Shown here one piece after another: positions 26,101 through 38,921 of a DNA stretch of 64,000 nucleotides (the stretch's first letter is position 1; the number at the start of each line of letters is the position of its first letter). A program made the translations under genes and the position numbers. Origin of the DNA: Squalus acanthias (lineage: Eukaryota); NCBI GenBank assembly GCA_030390025.1, contig JASTWF010000230.1, positions 124,001 to 188,000 of the forward strand, written 5' to 3'. The notes beneath the pieces are model-generated. The model worked only from the letters and a program-made list of their open reading frames with translations, was not told the origin of the DNA and searched no databases.

Positions 26101-27034
26101 GTAATAAGACTTTGATACAAAGGCCAATTGTGTATTCATGCCTATGAGAAACCAGCACCAACAAATTAATTGAGCACACCAAAAGAGAAGATCAGAAGAA
26201 ACAGAGGAGAACGAAGGCGGGGTAAGATAAGGGCCATTACTGCCAGATCTTGTGATTCAGCAATAGGATCACGGGCGGAGGTGAAATGATAGACTGGGAC
26301 ACACTAGAAGGAAAGGCATAGCAGCACGGCCCTCATGATAGTTGAGGAGATCCTGGAGTTTCCCTCAGCCATGACAATAGTAAAGGATCGCCCCTGTAAG
26401 TGGCACAGTTAGAACCCAGGCTTATAATGAAAAGGGGGATAAAACCACCTTTGAGAAGCGCTCCGTTCCCCTCAATGAGAGGACTCCGATTTGCAGCAAT
26501 TCTTGTCAGAGAATAGATTGAAATCATCGAGTAATCAATGTTTCAAACATTTCATCCTCGAGTTGGGGACTGTACGAAAGATTAGTATTTAGAGACCATA
26601 TAGTAGATGAGAATCATATATGTATAAATTCAAGTGTCGTCATTGACCAACTAATCTTACCCATGATTCCCTGTTGGTATGCATATGTTAAAGTCTATTC
26701 GAATATAGCCACCAGGACTGTCAAAAGTAGTTTTGACTAAGTTCTGATAACAAACAGTCATAAGCAAATAGTGAAGGTTAAATTGCTAAATAACACATTG
26801 TAATACTAAGCTTAATTAGAGTTCGCTTACCAATGCTTATACGAGGGAAGCTAGGAATGAAAGAGATAAGGTAAATTCCAATGTGTTGAAGAACTATAAA
26901 CAATATAACACTGAACAGGGTGAGGTTGTGGGAAAATTACTGAGCCAGGAGGGGCCAAGATGCTACCCTTAGTCTGAGTGACAATGGTATTTTGACCATT
27001 AGAACCAATTAAAAAAGGCGATTTTGTTAAAGCT

Positions 27035-29912
27035 ACAGCAGCGAGGCGGCAGAACTGCGAGGGAACAGAGGCGGCGAGCGGCGGTAATTCAGGTGAGCCC
27101 AGAGGCAGCAGCGAGGCCTAGAGCGGCGAGGCGGCAAAGGCGGCGGACCTGCGAGCGGCGGTACTTAAGGTGAGCCACGAGGCGGTTTACAAATCCAGGT
27201 TCCGGGCGAGGGAAGGAAAAAATATTCGTAGTGTGACGTCACCAAAAAGCAGGTAAGTGATTGGTTGGTGAGTGTTTTCTTTCTCAATTTTTCTAAACTT
27301 AAATTTTGTGGCTTCTACGTTCTCTTTGTGTAGCGGGGACTACTGTTAAGTGAGGGCCCTTAAGTATATCACTTAAATCCAGTGTAATTGGTGGGATCCA
27401 TTTAATTTTAATTTAATTTTTATTAATTAATTAATTAATTAAAGGGTAAATCATGGCAGGACAGCTCGGTGCTGTGACATGCTCTTCCTGCGCTATGTGG
27501 GAAATCAGGGACACATCCTGTGTCCCTGACAACCATGTGTGTGGGAAATGTATCCAGCTGCAGCTACTGACAGACAGCCTTGCGGCGCTGGAGCTGCGGA
27601 TGGATGCATACTGGAGCATTTGCGATGCTGAGAACATCGTCGATATCACGTATCACGTTGGTCACTCCGCAGGTAAAGGGTGTACAGGCAGGAAGGGAAT
27701 GGGTGACCACCAGGCAGAGTAATAGGCGCAGGCAGGTAGTGCATGGGTCACCTGTGGCCATCCCCCTCTCAAACATATATACCGCTTTGGATATTGTTGA
27801 GGGAGATGGCTTATCAGGGGAAGACAGCAGCAGCCAACTTCCTAGCACCATCGGTGGTTCTGCTGCACAGGATGGGAGGAAAAAGAGTGGGAGAGCTATC
27901 GTGATAGGGGACACTATTGCAAGGGGAATAGATAGGCGTTTCTGCGGCAGCAAACGAGACTCCAGGATGGTATGTTGCCTCCCTGGTGCAAGGGTCAAGG
28001 ATGTCTCAGAGCGGCTACAGAGCATTTTGGAAGGGGAGGGTGAACAGCCAGTTGTCCTGGTACATATAGGTAACAACGATTTTGGTAAAAAACGGGATGA
28101 GGTCCTAAAAGCAGAATATAGGGAGTTAGGAGGTAAATTAAAAAACAGGTCCTCAAAGGTGGTAATCTCAGGATTGCTACCATTGCCACGTGCTAGTCAG
28201 AGTAGAAATAGAAGGATATTTCAAATGAATACGTGGCTAGAGGAATGGTGCAAGGGAGAGGGATTCAAATTGCTGTGGCATTGAACCGGTTCTGGGGGAG
28301 GTGGGACCAGTACAAACCGCACGGTCTACACCTGGGCAGGGCCAGGACCGATGTCCTAGGGGGAGTGTTTGCTAGTGCTCTGGGGGAGGGTTTAAACTAA
28401 AATGGCAGGGGCTTGGGAACCTGAGCAGGGAGTCAGGAAAGTGAAACAAGGATAAAAGCAAAAGATAGGAAGGAGAAAAACAAAGGTTGCAGTCAGAGAA
28501 AACAACGGTTTGAATCAAACTTGGCCACAGTAAATACTAATTCTAATAGGTCTAACAGCGTTAAAAAAAACAAGCCTGAAGGCTTTGTGTCTTAATGCAA
28601 GGAGCATTGGGAACAAGGTGGACGAATTAGCTGCGCAAATAGAGGTAAACAAATATGATTTGTTTGGGATTACCGAAACATGGCTCCGGGGTGGCCTAGG
28701 CTAGGAAATTAATATACAGGGGTACTCAATATTCAGGAAAGATAGGCAAAAATGAAAGGGAGGTGGGGTAGCATTGCTGGTTAAAGAGGGGATTAACACA
28801 ATTGAAATAAAGGATATTAGCTCTGATGATGTGAAATCTGTATGGGTTGAACTGAGAAATAACAAGGGGCAGAAAACGTTAGTGGGAGTGATATATAGAC
28901 CTCCAAGCAGTAATGCGGAGGTTGGGGATGGCATTAACAGGGAAATTAGAGAAGCGTGCAATAAGGGCACAGCAGTCATCATGGGTGATTTTAATCTACA
29001 TATAGATTGGGCTAACCAAATGAGTAACAATACTATGGAGGAGGAATTCCTGGAGTGTTTACGGGATGGTTTCCTCGACCAATATGTCGAGGAACCAACC
29101 AAAGATCAGGCCATCTTAGACTAGGTATTATGCAATGAGAAAGGATTAATTAGCAATCTTGTTGTGCGAGGCCCCTTCGGTCGGAGCGGTCATAATAGGA
29201 TAAAATTCTTCATTAGGATGGAGAGTGAAGTAGGTGACTCAGAGACTAGGGTCCTGAATTTAAATAAATGAAACTACGATGTTATGAGGTGCGAGTTGGG
29301 TAGGATTGATTGGGGAATGTCACTCAAAGGGTTGACGGTGGAGAGGCAATGGCAAACATTCAAAGACCGCATGGACGACCTATAGAATTTGTTAATCCCA
29401 GTTTGGAATAAGAGTAAAATAAAAAGGGTGACTCAACCATGGCTAACAAGGGAAATTAGGGATAGCATAAGATCCAAGGAGAAGGCATAAAAATTGACCA
29501 GAAAAAGCAGTAATCCTGTGGATTGGGAGCAGTTTAAGATTCAACAAAGGAGGACAAAGGGATTAATTAAGAAGGGGAAATAGAATACGAGAGTAAGCTT
29601 GCAGGGAACATAAAAACTGACTGTAAAAGCTTGTATAGATATGTGAAGAGAAAAAGATTAGTGAAATCAAGCATAGGTCCCTTGCAGGCAGAATCAGGGG
29701 AACTTATAATGGGGAACAAAGAAATGTCAGACCAATTAAATACATATTTTGGTTCTGTCTTCACAAAGGATGACACAAATAACCTCCCAGAGATGTTGGG
29801 GAACATAGGGTCTGATGAATGGGAGAAACTGAAATAAATCAGTATTTGTAGGGAAATGGTGTTAGGGAAATTGAACGGATTGAAGGCCGATAAATCCCCA
29901 GGGCCTGATCAT
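27035..29912 (+). mobile_element. CR1 LINE 5' half (5' UTR, disrupted ORF1, endonuclease), truncated at the 3' side
   Basis: ORF1 CxxC...CxxC plus SGNH esterase (IGDT, HIGNND); ORF2 endonuclease motifs NARSI, ITETW, IYRPP, MGDFN; ends at DKSPGPD. Confidence 0.92.
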
Positions 29913-32414
29913 CTACATCAGCAAGAGGCTGTCAGGGAAGGACAACAGAAGGCTGCGGGAGGTGATCGCTGAAGCCGTCAGTGCGACAAGTGTTAGCCCC
30001 AAGACCTGGATGCAATCCCGCAAAAAGTTTAATGACCTCAGACGAGTGGTCAAGGTGGGTGAATGCATCATCAAATGCCATATCGCACCATATGCACAAC
30101 AAGCCTCACACATTGCTCCAATGCAACACACTGATGGTGTAGGCATGGATATCTTGCTATCCCCCATCCTTCACCACATCTCGACCCTTGTGCCTTTCTC
30201 CTTTCAGCTACACACGAATTCCAACTACGCCAACCTGTCCCCGAAGGGGCAACACGGTGGCATAGTGGTTAGCACTGGTGCTTCACAGCGCCAGGGACCC
30301 GGGTTCGAATGTGGGCTCGGGTGACTGTCTGTGTGGAGTTTGCACATTCTCCCCGTGTCTGCGTGGGTTTTCTCCGGGTGCTCCGGTTTCCTCCCACAGT
30401 CCAAAAATGTGCGGGTTAGGTTGATTTGGCTATGATAAATTGACCCTTAGTGTTAGGGGGGGGATTAAATATGTGGGGTTACGGGGATAGGATCGGAAGG
30501 GATATGTTAGGGGGAATTAAATACGTGGGGATAGGGTGGGATATGTGTCGGTGCAGACTCGATGGGGATTCTGTGTGAGAAAGCAGGGACAGGGTACTGG
30601 ATTTGGATGATCAGCCATGATCGTATTGAATGGTGGAGCAGGCTCGACGGGCCGAATGGCCGACTCCTGCTCCTAGTTTCTATGTTTCTATGAATCTTTG
30701 GAGGAGAGCAATGCAGGAGCACCGTCAATGCATCTGATATTCACAGGCTCCAGCTCAGAAAATGGCACTGCGTAGATTTTAGAGTGTAGTATAGAGGCAG
30801 GCTCTGCAGGAGGTGAGTTACTGGACACCAGTGGGCTGCAGCCAGGTCAGGGGGAAAGGATAGATGGGTGTCAGCTCCCCAGTGGGTGAGTTCATGCACG
30901 AGTTATGATGCACAGGAATCAGATCAGTACCTCAATGGGACGGCCATCAGAAGAAGTGTGATGGGTATGCACACTGAAATGCTAGGTGCAATGGCAAGCC
31001 TGCCAGAGGGCCTCTTGTCAGTGCCAAGGAGCATGGAGATGTCCAGCTCCAACATTGCACAGGAATTTGCACGGAGCTTGGAGCCCGTGATTTCCAGGAT
31101 GGAAATGATGGCCAACTTCATGAGAGACCTAGTAGACCCAGCCATGATGCTGTGTGTGATGGGTGATGTCACAGCTTCCATTGCAGCACAGGCGGAAGCG
31201 ACCCAACGTCTCAGTACTGCAGTGGATGCTCACATTGCTGCCATCGTGGCTGGATTTACGAGTATGAAGTGCGGGGTCTCACAGCACTCCGGCAATCTTT
31301 CACCAAACAGAAGGCTAGAATTGCAGAGGCGCCACCCTGGGAAGTGGCAGTGGCTCCACAGAGCAAGAACCTGCAGTCCTCTCTCAGGATGACAGCATTC
31401 ATACTCCCACCACTGCAACTCTGGCAGTGCCCTTGCTGCTGCCTGTCATCCAGCAAACACAGGCTGCTGCCGTCCATGCCGAGGTGGTGCAGTCTACAGC
31501 CGGGCATTCCAGGCCCAGAGCTGCTCGAGGTCCTCCTGCAAGGCCATCTGCAGTCTCCCCATTGAAAGTCAGCAGCCTTCCATCATCCATTCTGTACTCA
31601 CTGGGGGAGCACTTCGTAGGAGCACGAGAGTAGGAGAAGCAACACGAAAGAAAGACAGACACTGAGGGAAAGCACAAGAGTGATTAGAGTTGACTTTGTT
31701 ATTCTGATTGTGATTTGATAACTTTATAAATTATGTTTGGAATGTTTGTTTTGTGGTGGCTCTCATTTCAGCTTTTTGACCAGGAAGACGCTGTGATGTT
31801 CTGTGACAGAGGGATGGTAAGATGGGGAACTGGTGAGCAACAGGCATGTGGAGTTTCATCCACTGGAACTGGAATCTGATGAGGCGCTCACGGACAGCCT
31901 GTCCAGAACAATGATCTACTGCCTGATCCTCCCTTCTCCCTCCTCCTCTTCTTCGTTCTCCTGCTCTTTCATTTCTACCTATTCCGCCTCCTGCTCTTCC
32001 TCCTCCTGCCCTTCCTCCTCTTCCTCCTCCTCCTGAGGTGGTCTCAGAAAACGTGGTGGCAATCACTTCTCCCTCAAGATGCCCACGTTGTGGCGCATGC
32101 AGCAGATCACCACTAAATGGGACTCCAGTGTTTACTGGAGAGCTCCTCATGAGCCGTCAAGGCTGAGGGACCGTTGCTTTAACACTCCGATAGTCTGCGC
32201 GATGAGGTACCTCGTGGCAGCATGGCTCTCATTATATGATTGCTGGCCCCGAGTGGAGGGGTATTGGTGAGGTGTCATCAGCCAGGTGCATAGCGAAAAG
32301 CCCTTGTCTCCGAGCAGCCACCCTTTGGTTTGACATGGTGGCTGGAAGATTGCTGGCACACCAGACTGGTGCAGGATGAAGGCATCATGACTGCTGCCAG
32401 GATAACAGGCATTC
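29913..32414. mobile_element. PIF/Harbinger transposon internal fragment: Myb/SANT-like gene (+) convergent with transposase (-)
   Basis: IAEAVSATSVSPKTWMQSRKKFNDL (+); YPGSSHDAFIL...WLLGDKGF...LMTP...YNESHAATR...GVLKQR (-), HARBI1-type DDE domain; no TIRs visible. Confidence 0.88.
30246..30692 (+). mobile_element. HE1-type SINE inserted in the Harbinger fragment
   Basis: Full tRNA-like head GGGGCAACACGGTGGCATAGTGGTTAGCAC, V core and CR1 tail. Confidence 0.9.
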
Positions 32415-32488
32415 ACCCCAACGTGGGGCTCGACCGAACCTCCCTGTAAGTTAAGAGTCTCAGAGTGTACCGGGTAAACCAGCCAGAC
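32415..32488 (-). pseudogene. tRNA-Lys(CTT) pseudogene
   Basis: CCCAACGTGGGGCTCGA...TTAAGAGTCTCA, heavily mutated. Confidence 0.7.
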
Positions 32489-33796
32489 CTATTGCTGGCT
32501 TACCCTTATCTGTTGTTACAGGGAGGGAGCTGTCGGCTCAGCTTGTTCTACAACTAATGAAGTAGGTTGTCCAGAATTCCAAGGTGTAGAAATAAATCGG
32601 CCAACATCAATAATCAATCATATAATTTAGATCTTCAGTGGGAAGGGCCGAGGCTCCATCCCCGTCCTGAGGTATATTAATTTATTCACTCTGTTCTGTA
32701 TTGAACTGTAATATCATTTTAGCTGCTCAATTTCTGATTTGATGCGGATAAATAAATTGGCATATCAGTGGAAAAAGTATGTCTGTTTTATGCAGCCACA
32801 GACACTGTTTATTTCTCAGTCACTTTCCCCTTTGATCGATTAGTGGACAATTATTGCCAGAAGCTCAAAACTAAATATTGCACCGAGAAAAAACAGAGGC
32901 AGCAAACAAGTGGATAAGCCCAGTGACTCAGGGAGTGTGCTCCGGATTGCGCTGCCTGAAAGGGCGGTGGAAGCAGATTCAATAGGAACTTTCAAAAGGG
33001 AATTGGATAAATCATTGAATGGGAAAAATTTGCAAGGCTGATATCTGAGACATACATACACAAAGAGAGCACACACACATGTCTGTCTGTGTGTTTGAAT
33101 CTTTGCCTCAAGCACTGCATAACTACTTCCTCTACCAGGTCCTTGATAATAAAGTGATCAGTGTTCAATTTCCCGACGGCTTCTCTCTGTCTGTGTGTCT
33201 CTGTCTTTCTTTCTGTCTCTGAGAAAAGCTACGGCCCGGATTCGATTCTCGGTAAGGAAACATTGCGTTTTGGGGCTGTTTGAACTGCCACCAATCAAAG
33301 CACCCTGATCAAGCTTTCAACTTGCTGCACCGCTGCTACTGCCGCAACAGTCAGCAGCGCATCATTCTGTACAGCAATCCAAAATACACTTCCTTGCCTT
33401 CTGTAAAATGACGGCCACCTTTGCCAGCGGGGCGGAGAGACTCATCTTTCTGTTTATTTGTGTTTCTGGGTTTGCTGATGAACTTTGAACTGGCGGCCTG
33501 TTCCCGTTAATGGTCACAATCAGGAAGAGACATACAGAGCGGCTCTGACCCCGCGAGATGGGCAAAAGGCTTCAGTTCAGGACAAATGCATCAATAAAAT
33601 GTTCGCCCGGCACCGAGAGAGACAACATCCAGAGAAAAGCACAGAAGAGAATAGATATTAAAAAAAAACGATATATATATAAATCCTTGATGCCTCTATA
33701 TTCCATCGCCAACCCTTCAGTGCCAGATAAGTAATTCCAGTTTAAATCGTTCCGGTCGAGATTAGCAGCGGAAAGAAACTCAAATAAACTTTAAAT

Positions 33797-33866
33797 TAGT
33801 GAAACCCGGGTCTGAACCAGGGACCTTTAAGATCTCCAGTCGCTCCCCCAACTGCTTTATTTCCGC
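33797..33866 (-). pseudogene. tRNA-Phe pseudogene
   Basis: GAAACCCGGG..GAACCAGGGACCTTTA..GATCT; indels present. Confidence 0.75.
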
Positions 33867-34262
33867 TACAGAGCAAGCGCTACTGTTTTTGGAGGGAAAG
33901 GTAAGGGTTTGTGTCATGAATTCGCCGCGTTTGCATCAAGCATCTAATTCACCTGCAGGCTGGAGGAGCAGAGGAGGCTGGAGGGAAAGATGTGATAGGA
34001 GCAGAAGGAGACGCCATTTGAAACTGGCAGAATCTTGTGTCTGACTGTTGTTTCAAACGATGCAGGACAGCCCTGCGTGGATTGGCAGTTTTCCCAGGAG
34101 CTGCATTGTCAGCTTCGTGTGTTTTAGACATGGAAACATGTCCATCAGCAGCTTGTGGTAATATTTCACCTCACTGTGCATTTCAAGTGGATCCCGACCC
34201 GCACTTGGTGCTGTGGTTGCGCGAACTTGTCTTTTGTGTTCTCATTTAAAATGTCATTTTGT

Positions 34263-34328
34263 GCGAACAGTTGGATGAACGTTCGACTGAAGATCTAAAG
34301 TTCCCTGGTTCAATCCCGGGTTTCGGCA
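34263..34328 (+). pseudogene. tRNA-Phe(GAA) pseudogene
   Basis: GACTGAAGATCTAAAGTTCCCTGGTTCAATCCCGGGTTTCGGCA; 5' acceptor strand and D arm degraded. Confidence 0.8.
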
Positions 34329-34770
34329 GTTTTCAGTTCATTTGAGTTCTGTGCAGGTGCCGGTTCTCGAACTAAACGATTTTAACTGAAATTATTTATC
34401 CGGCACTGAAGGGTTGGCGATGGAATAGAGAAACAACAAAGATGGGAAATATGTATATCGTTTTTATTCATCTATTTGCTTCTGTCCTTTTCTCTGAATT
34501 TTCTCTCTCGCGCTGCCGGGTGAACATTTCATTTAAGAACATAAGAACATAAGAAATAGGAGCAGGAGTAGGCCAATCGGCCCCTCGAGCCTGCTCCGCC
34601 ATTCAATAAGATCATGGCTGATTTGATCCTAACCGCCAATCTACTATCTATCACAGAACCATCTCCTGCATCTAACAGAATTGCACACACGAAATAGGAG
34701 CAGAATCAGGCTACACAGTCCCTGGGCCCGCTCCACTACCCACAGGGCCATGACCGATCCGAACCTAGAC

Positions 34771-37718
34771 TCATGTCCAAATTCCTGCCCGCTCCCCGTA
34801 ACCCTTAATGCCCTTTACTTCTAGGAAACTGTCTATTTCTGTTTTAAATTTAATTAATGTTGTAGCTTCTACAGCTTTTTGTGGCAGCATATTCCATGGA
34901 CCTACCACCCTCTGAGTGAAGTAGTTCCTCCTCATCTCAGTTTTGAAAGAGCAGCCCCTTATTCTAAGACTATGTCCCCTAGTTCTCGTCTCACCCGTCA
35001 TCGGGAACATCCTCCCCGCATCCACCCGATCCAACCCCTTCACAATCTTATATGTTTCAATAAGATCGCCTCTCATTCTTCTGAACTCCAATGAGTAGAG
35101 TCCCAATCTACCCAACCTCTCCTCATATGACCACCCCCTCATCCCCGGGATTAACCGAGTGAACCTTTTTTGCACTGCCTCGAGAGCAAGGATGTCTTTC
35201 CTTAAGTAAGAACACCAAAACTGTATGCAGTATTCCAGGTGCGGTCTCACCAATACCTTGTACAACTGAAGCAATACCTCCCTATTTTTATATTCTATCC
35301 CCCTAGCAATGAAAGCCAACATTCCATTTGCCTTCTTAATCACTTGCTGCACCTGCATACTAACCTTTTGAGTTTCGTGCACCAGGACCCCCAGATCCCT
35401 TTGCACTTCAGTACTCTCCAGTTTCTTGCCATTAAGATAATAAATTGCTCTAGGATTTTTCCTGCCAAAGTGCATCACCTCACACTTTCCAGTGTTATAT
35501 TCCATCTGCCAAATCTCTGCCCACTTACTTAGCCTGTCTATGTCCCCTTGCAGGTTTTTTATGTCCTCCTCACTCACTACTTTCCCTCCCATCTTTGTAT
35601 CATCTGCAAATTTTGATATGTTACACATGGTCCCTTCCTCCAAATCGTTAATATAGATTGTGAAGAGTTGGGGACCCAGCACTGACCCCTGTGGAACACC
35701 ACTAGTTACTGATTGCCAGTCTGAGAATGAACCATTTATCCCAACTCTTTGCTTTCTGTTAGATAGCCAATCCTCTATCCATGCCAGAATATTACCCCCA
35801 ATCCCGTGATTTTTTACCTTAAGCAATAATCTTTTGTGTGGCACCTTGTCAAATGCCTTTTGGAAGTCTAAATACACTACGTCCACTGGTTCCCCTTTAT
35901 CCACTCTATATGTTACTTCCTCAAAGAACTCCAGCAAATTTGTCAAACATGACTTCCCCTTCGTAAAACCATGCTGACTTTGTCCTATTAAATTATGATT
36001 ATCCAAATGTCCTGTTACTGTTTCCTTAATAATGGACTCCAAAATTTTACCTACCACAGATGTTAGGCTAACCGGTCTATAGTTACCAGCCTTCTGTCTA
36101 CTGCCCTTTTTAAATGAGGGTGTTACATTAGCAGTTTTCCAGTCTGCCGGGACCTTAGCGGAATCCAGGGAGTTTTGAAAAATTATTACCAATGCATCTA
36201 CAATCCCTACCGCCACTTCCTTCAAGACTCTAGGATGTAAGCCATCAGGTCCAGGTGATTTATCCGCCTTGAGTCCCATTATTTTACCGAGTACCACTTC
36301 CTTAGTGATTTTGATCGTGTTTAGCTCCTCTCCCCCTATAGCCCCCTGTTTGTCCAGTGTTGGGATATTCTTAGTGTCCTCTACTGTAAAGACTGATACA
36401 AAATATTCATTCAGTGTTTTTGCCATCTCCATATTTCCCACCATTAATTTCCCGGTCTCATCCTCTAAGGGACCAACATTTACTTTAGCCACCCTTTTTC
36501 TTTTTATATAACTATAAAAACTCTTACTATCTGTTTTTATATTTTTTGCTAATTTACTTTCATAATCTATCTTCCCTTTCTTAATCAATCTTTTTGTTAT
36601 TTTTTGCTGCCTTTTAAAGTTTTCCCAATCCTCTGTCCTCCCACTAGATTTCGCTACCTTATATGCCCTTGTTTTTAGTCGAATACTATCCTTAATTTCT
36701 TTACTTAGCCACGGATGACTGTCCTTTCTTTTACACCCTTTTCTTTTCAGTGGAATATATATTTTTTGGAAGTTGTAAAATAACTCCTTGAATGTACACC
36801 ACTGATCATGTGTCGTCTTACCCTTTAATCTATTTTCCCAATCCACTCTACTCAATTCCACTCGCATACCTTCATAGTCTCCTTTATTCAAGCTTAGCAC
36901 GCTTGTTTGAGATCCAACCTTCTCACCCTCTAATTGAATATGGAATTCAAGCATGTTATGGTCACTCATTCCAAGGGGATCCTTTACTAGGACATTTTTA
37001 ATTAATCCTGTCTCGTTACACAGGACCAGATCTAAGGTTGATTGCCCCCTGGTCGGTTCAGTTACATACTGCTCAAGAAACCCATCCCTAATACACTCAA
37101 TGAACTCATCCTCAAGGCAGCCCTGCCCCATTTGATTTGTCCAATTAATATGATAGTTAAAATCCCCCATAATTATAGATGTTCCCTTATTACATGCCTC
37201 AACTATTTCCTGATTGATACTCCGTCCAATAGAGTTGCAACTGTTCGGAGGCCTATAGACTACGCCCACTAATGTTTTTTTCCCCTTATTATTCCTTATC
37301 TCCACCCAAACTGTTTCATTATCATGATTTTTTGACCCAATATCATTACTCTGTATTACAGTGATTCCTTCCTTTATTAACATAGCCACCCCACCTCCCC
37401 TTCCTGCCTGTCCTTCCTGATCGTTAAATAACCTGGTATGTTTAATTCCCAGGCATTGTCACCCTGCAGCCATGTTTCTGTAATGGCCACAATATCATAA
37501 CCATATGTAGTTATTTGTGCCATTAACTCGTCTATTTTGTTACGAATGCTACGTGCATTCAGATAGAGAACTTTCAAATATGCTTTGTGGCACTTAGTTC
37601 CTGCTTTTTCACTTTTTACCAGTTTACCTTTTACTCCACACACTCTGTCCCTTCCTGCCACGCTCTGATTTGTGATTCCCCTACTGCTACCTATGTCTAT
37701 GACCCTCTCTGTTGTCAT
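34771..37718 (-). CDS. CR1 ORF2 (AP endonuclease plus reverse transcriptase); frameshift near 37390
   Basis: YLNARSI and AITETW in 37377-37718, then 872 aa with [35 protein letters not shown]. Confidence 0.93.
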
Positions 37719-37756
37719 TTTTATTTTTTGCTCTCTTGAAACCTCCCCCCCACTAA

Positions 37757-38713
37757 TTAGTTTAAAGCCCTCTCCACAGCCCTAGTTATTCGATTCGCCA
37801 GGACACTAGTCCCAGCACTGGCCAAGTGAAGTCCGTCCCAACGGAACAGCTCTCTCCTGCCCCAGTACTGGTGCCAGTGTCCCAAGAAGCAAAACCCATT
37901 TTTCCCACACCAGTCTTTGAGCCACGCATTCAACTCCCTGATTTTATTTACCCTAGCCAAATTTGCTCGTGGCTCAGGTAGTAATCCAAAGATTATTACC
38001 CTCGAGGTTCTGCTTTTTAATTTGGCCCCTAGCTGCTCAAACTCCCTCAGCAGAACCTCTTTCCTTGTCCTATCTATGTCATTGGTACCAACATGGACCA
38101 CGACAACTGGATCCTCCCCCTCCCACTCCAAGTTTCTCTCCAGCCCAGAGGAGATGTCCTTAACCCTGGCACCGAGCAGGCAACACAGCCTTCGGGACTC
38201 CCGCTCTTGGCTGCAAAGAACCCTATCTATCCCCCTAATGATACTATCCTCTACCACTACAACATTACTTTTTACTCCACCCACTTGAATGGCCCCCCTT
38301 ACCACGGTGCTGTGGCCAGGTTGCTCATCCTCCCTGCAGTCCCCGCTCCTATCCACACAGGGAGTAAGAGCCTCGAACCTGTTGGACAAGAGCAAGGGCT
38401 CCGGCTCCTCCAACACTACCTCCTGGATCCCTGTACCTGCCTCACTCGTAGTCACACCTTCCTGTCCCTGACCACGGGCTACTTCTGAATTAGTTACTCT
38501 AATTGGTGTGACTACCTCCTGAAACACGGAGTCCAGGTAACTCTCCCCCTCCCTGATGTGTCGCAGTGTTTGAAGCTCGGACTCCAGCTCATCAACACGG
38601 AGCCGGAGTTCCTCGAGCAGCCAACACTTACTGCAAATGTGTTCACCGTGAACATCAATGGTGTCCACCAGCTCCCACATATTGCAGCAGTAACACATCA
38701 CCTGCTCTCCCAT
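37757..38713 (-). CDS. CR1 ORF1 (Cys zinc motif, coiled coil, SGNH esterase), 318 aa
   Basis: CYCC...CSKC, LEELRLRVDELESELQTL, EDSII, HVGTND, DGLHL. Confidence 0.92.
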   Translation of the reverse strand: MGEQVMCYCCNMWELVDTIDVHGEHICSKCWLLEELRLRVDELESELQTLRHIREGESYLDSVFQEVVTPIRVTNSEVARGQGQEGVTTSEAGTGIQEVVLEEPEPLLLSNRFEALTPCVDRSGDCREDEQPGHSTVVRGAIQVGGVKSNVVVVEDSIIRGIDRVLCSQERESRRLCCLLGARVKDISSGLERNLEWEGEDPVVVVHVGTNDIDRTRKEVLLREFEQLGAKLKSRTSRVIIFGLLPEPRANLARVNKIRELNAWLKDWCGKNGFCFLGHWHQYWGRRELFRWDGLHLASAGTSVLANRITRAVERALN

Positions 38714-38921
38714 TCTATGTAATTAATTAAAAATGTATTATTTACCCTTCAGTTAATTTATGCCAGCAGTCTCTGCTACACCACAGATACCCGAGAAACA
38801 ATAAAATTGAAGTTTTGTATAAAAAAAAGAGAAATACTCACCAACCAATCACTTACCTGCTTTCTGGTGACGTCACACTTCGATTATTTTTTACCTCTCT
38901 CCTGCTCTCGGCTTGGTGAAA

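Noticed and set aside
32147-32416. Host HARBI1 gene
   Set aside because: Truncated and frameshifted, and paired with a Myb-like ORF as in a transposon copy
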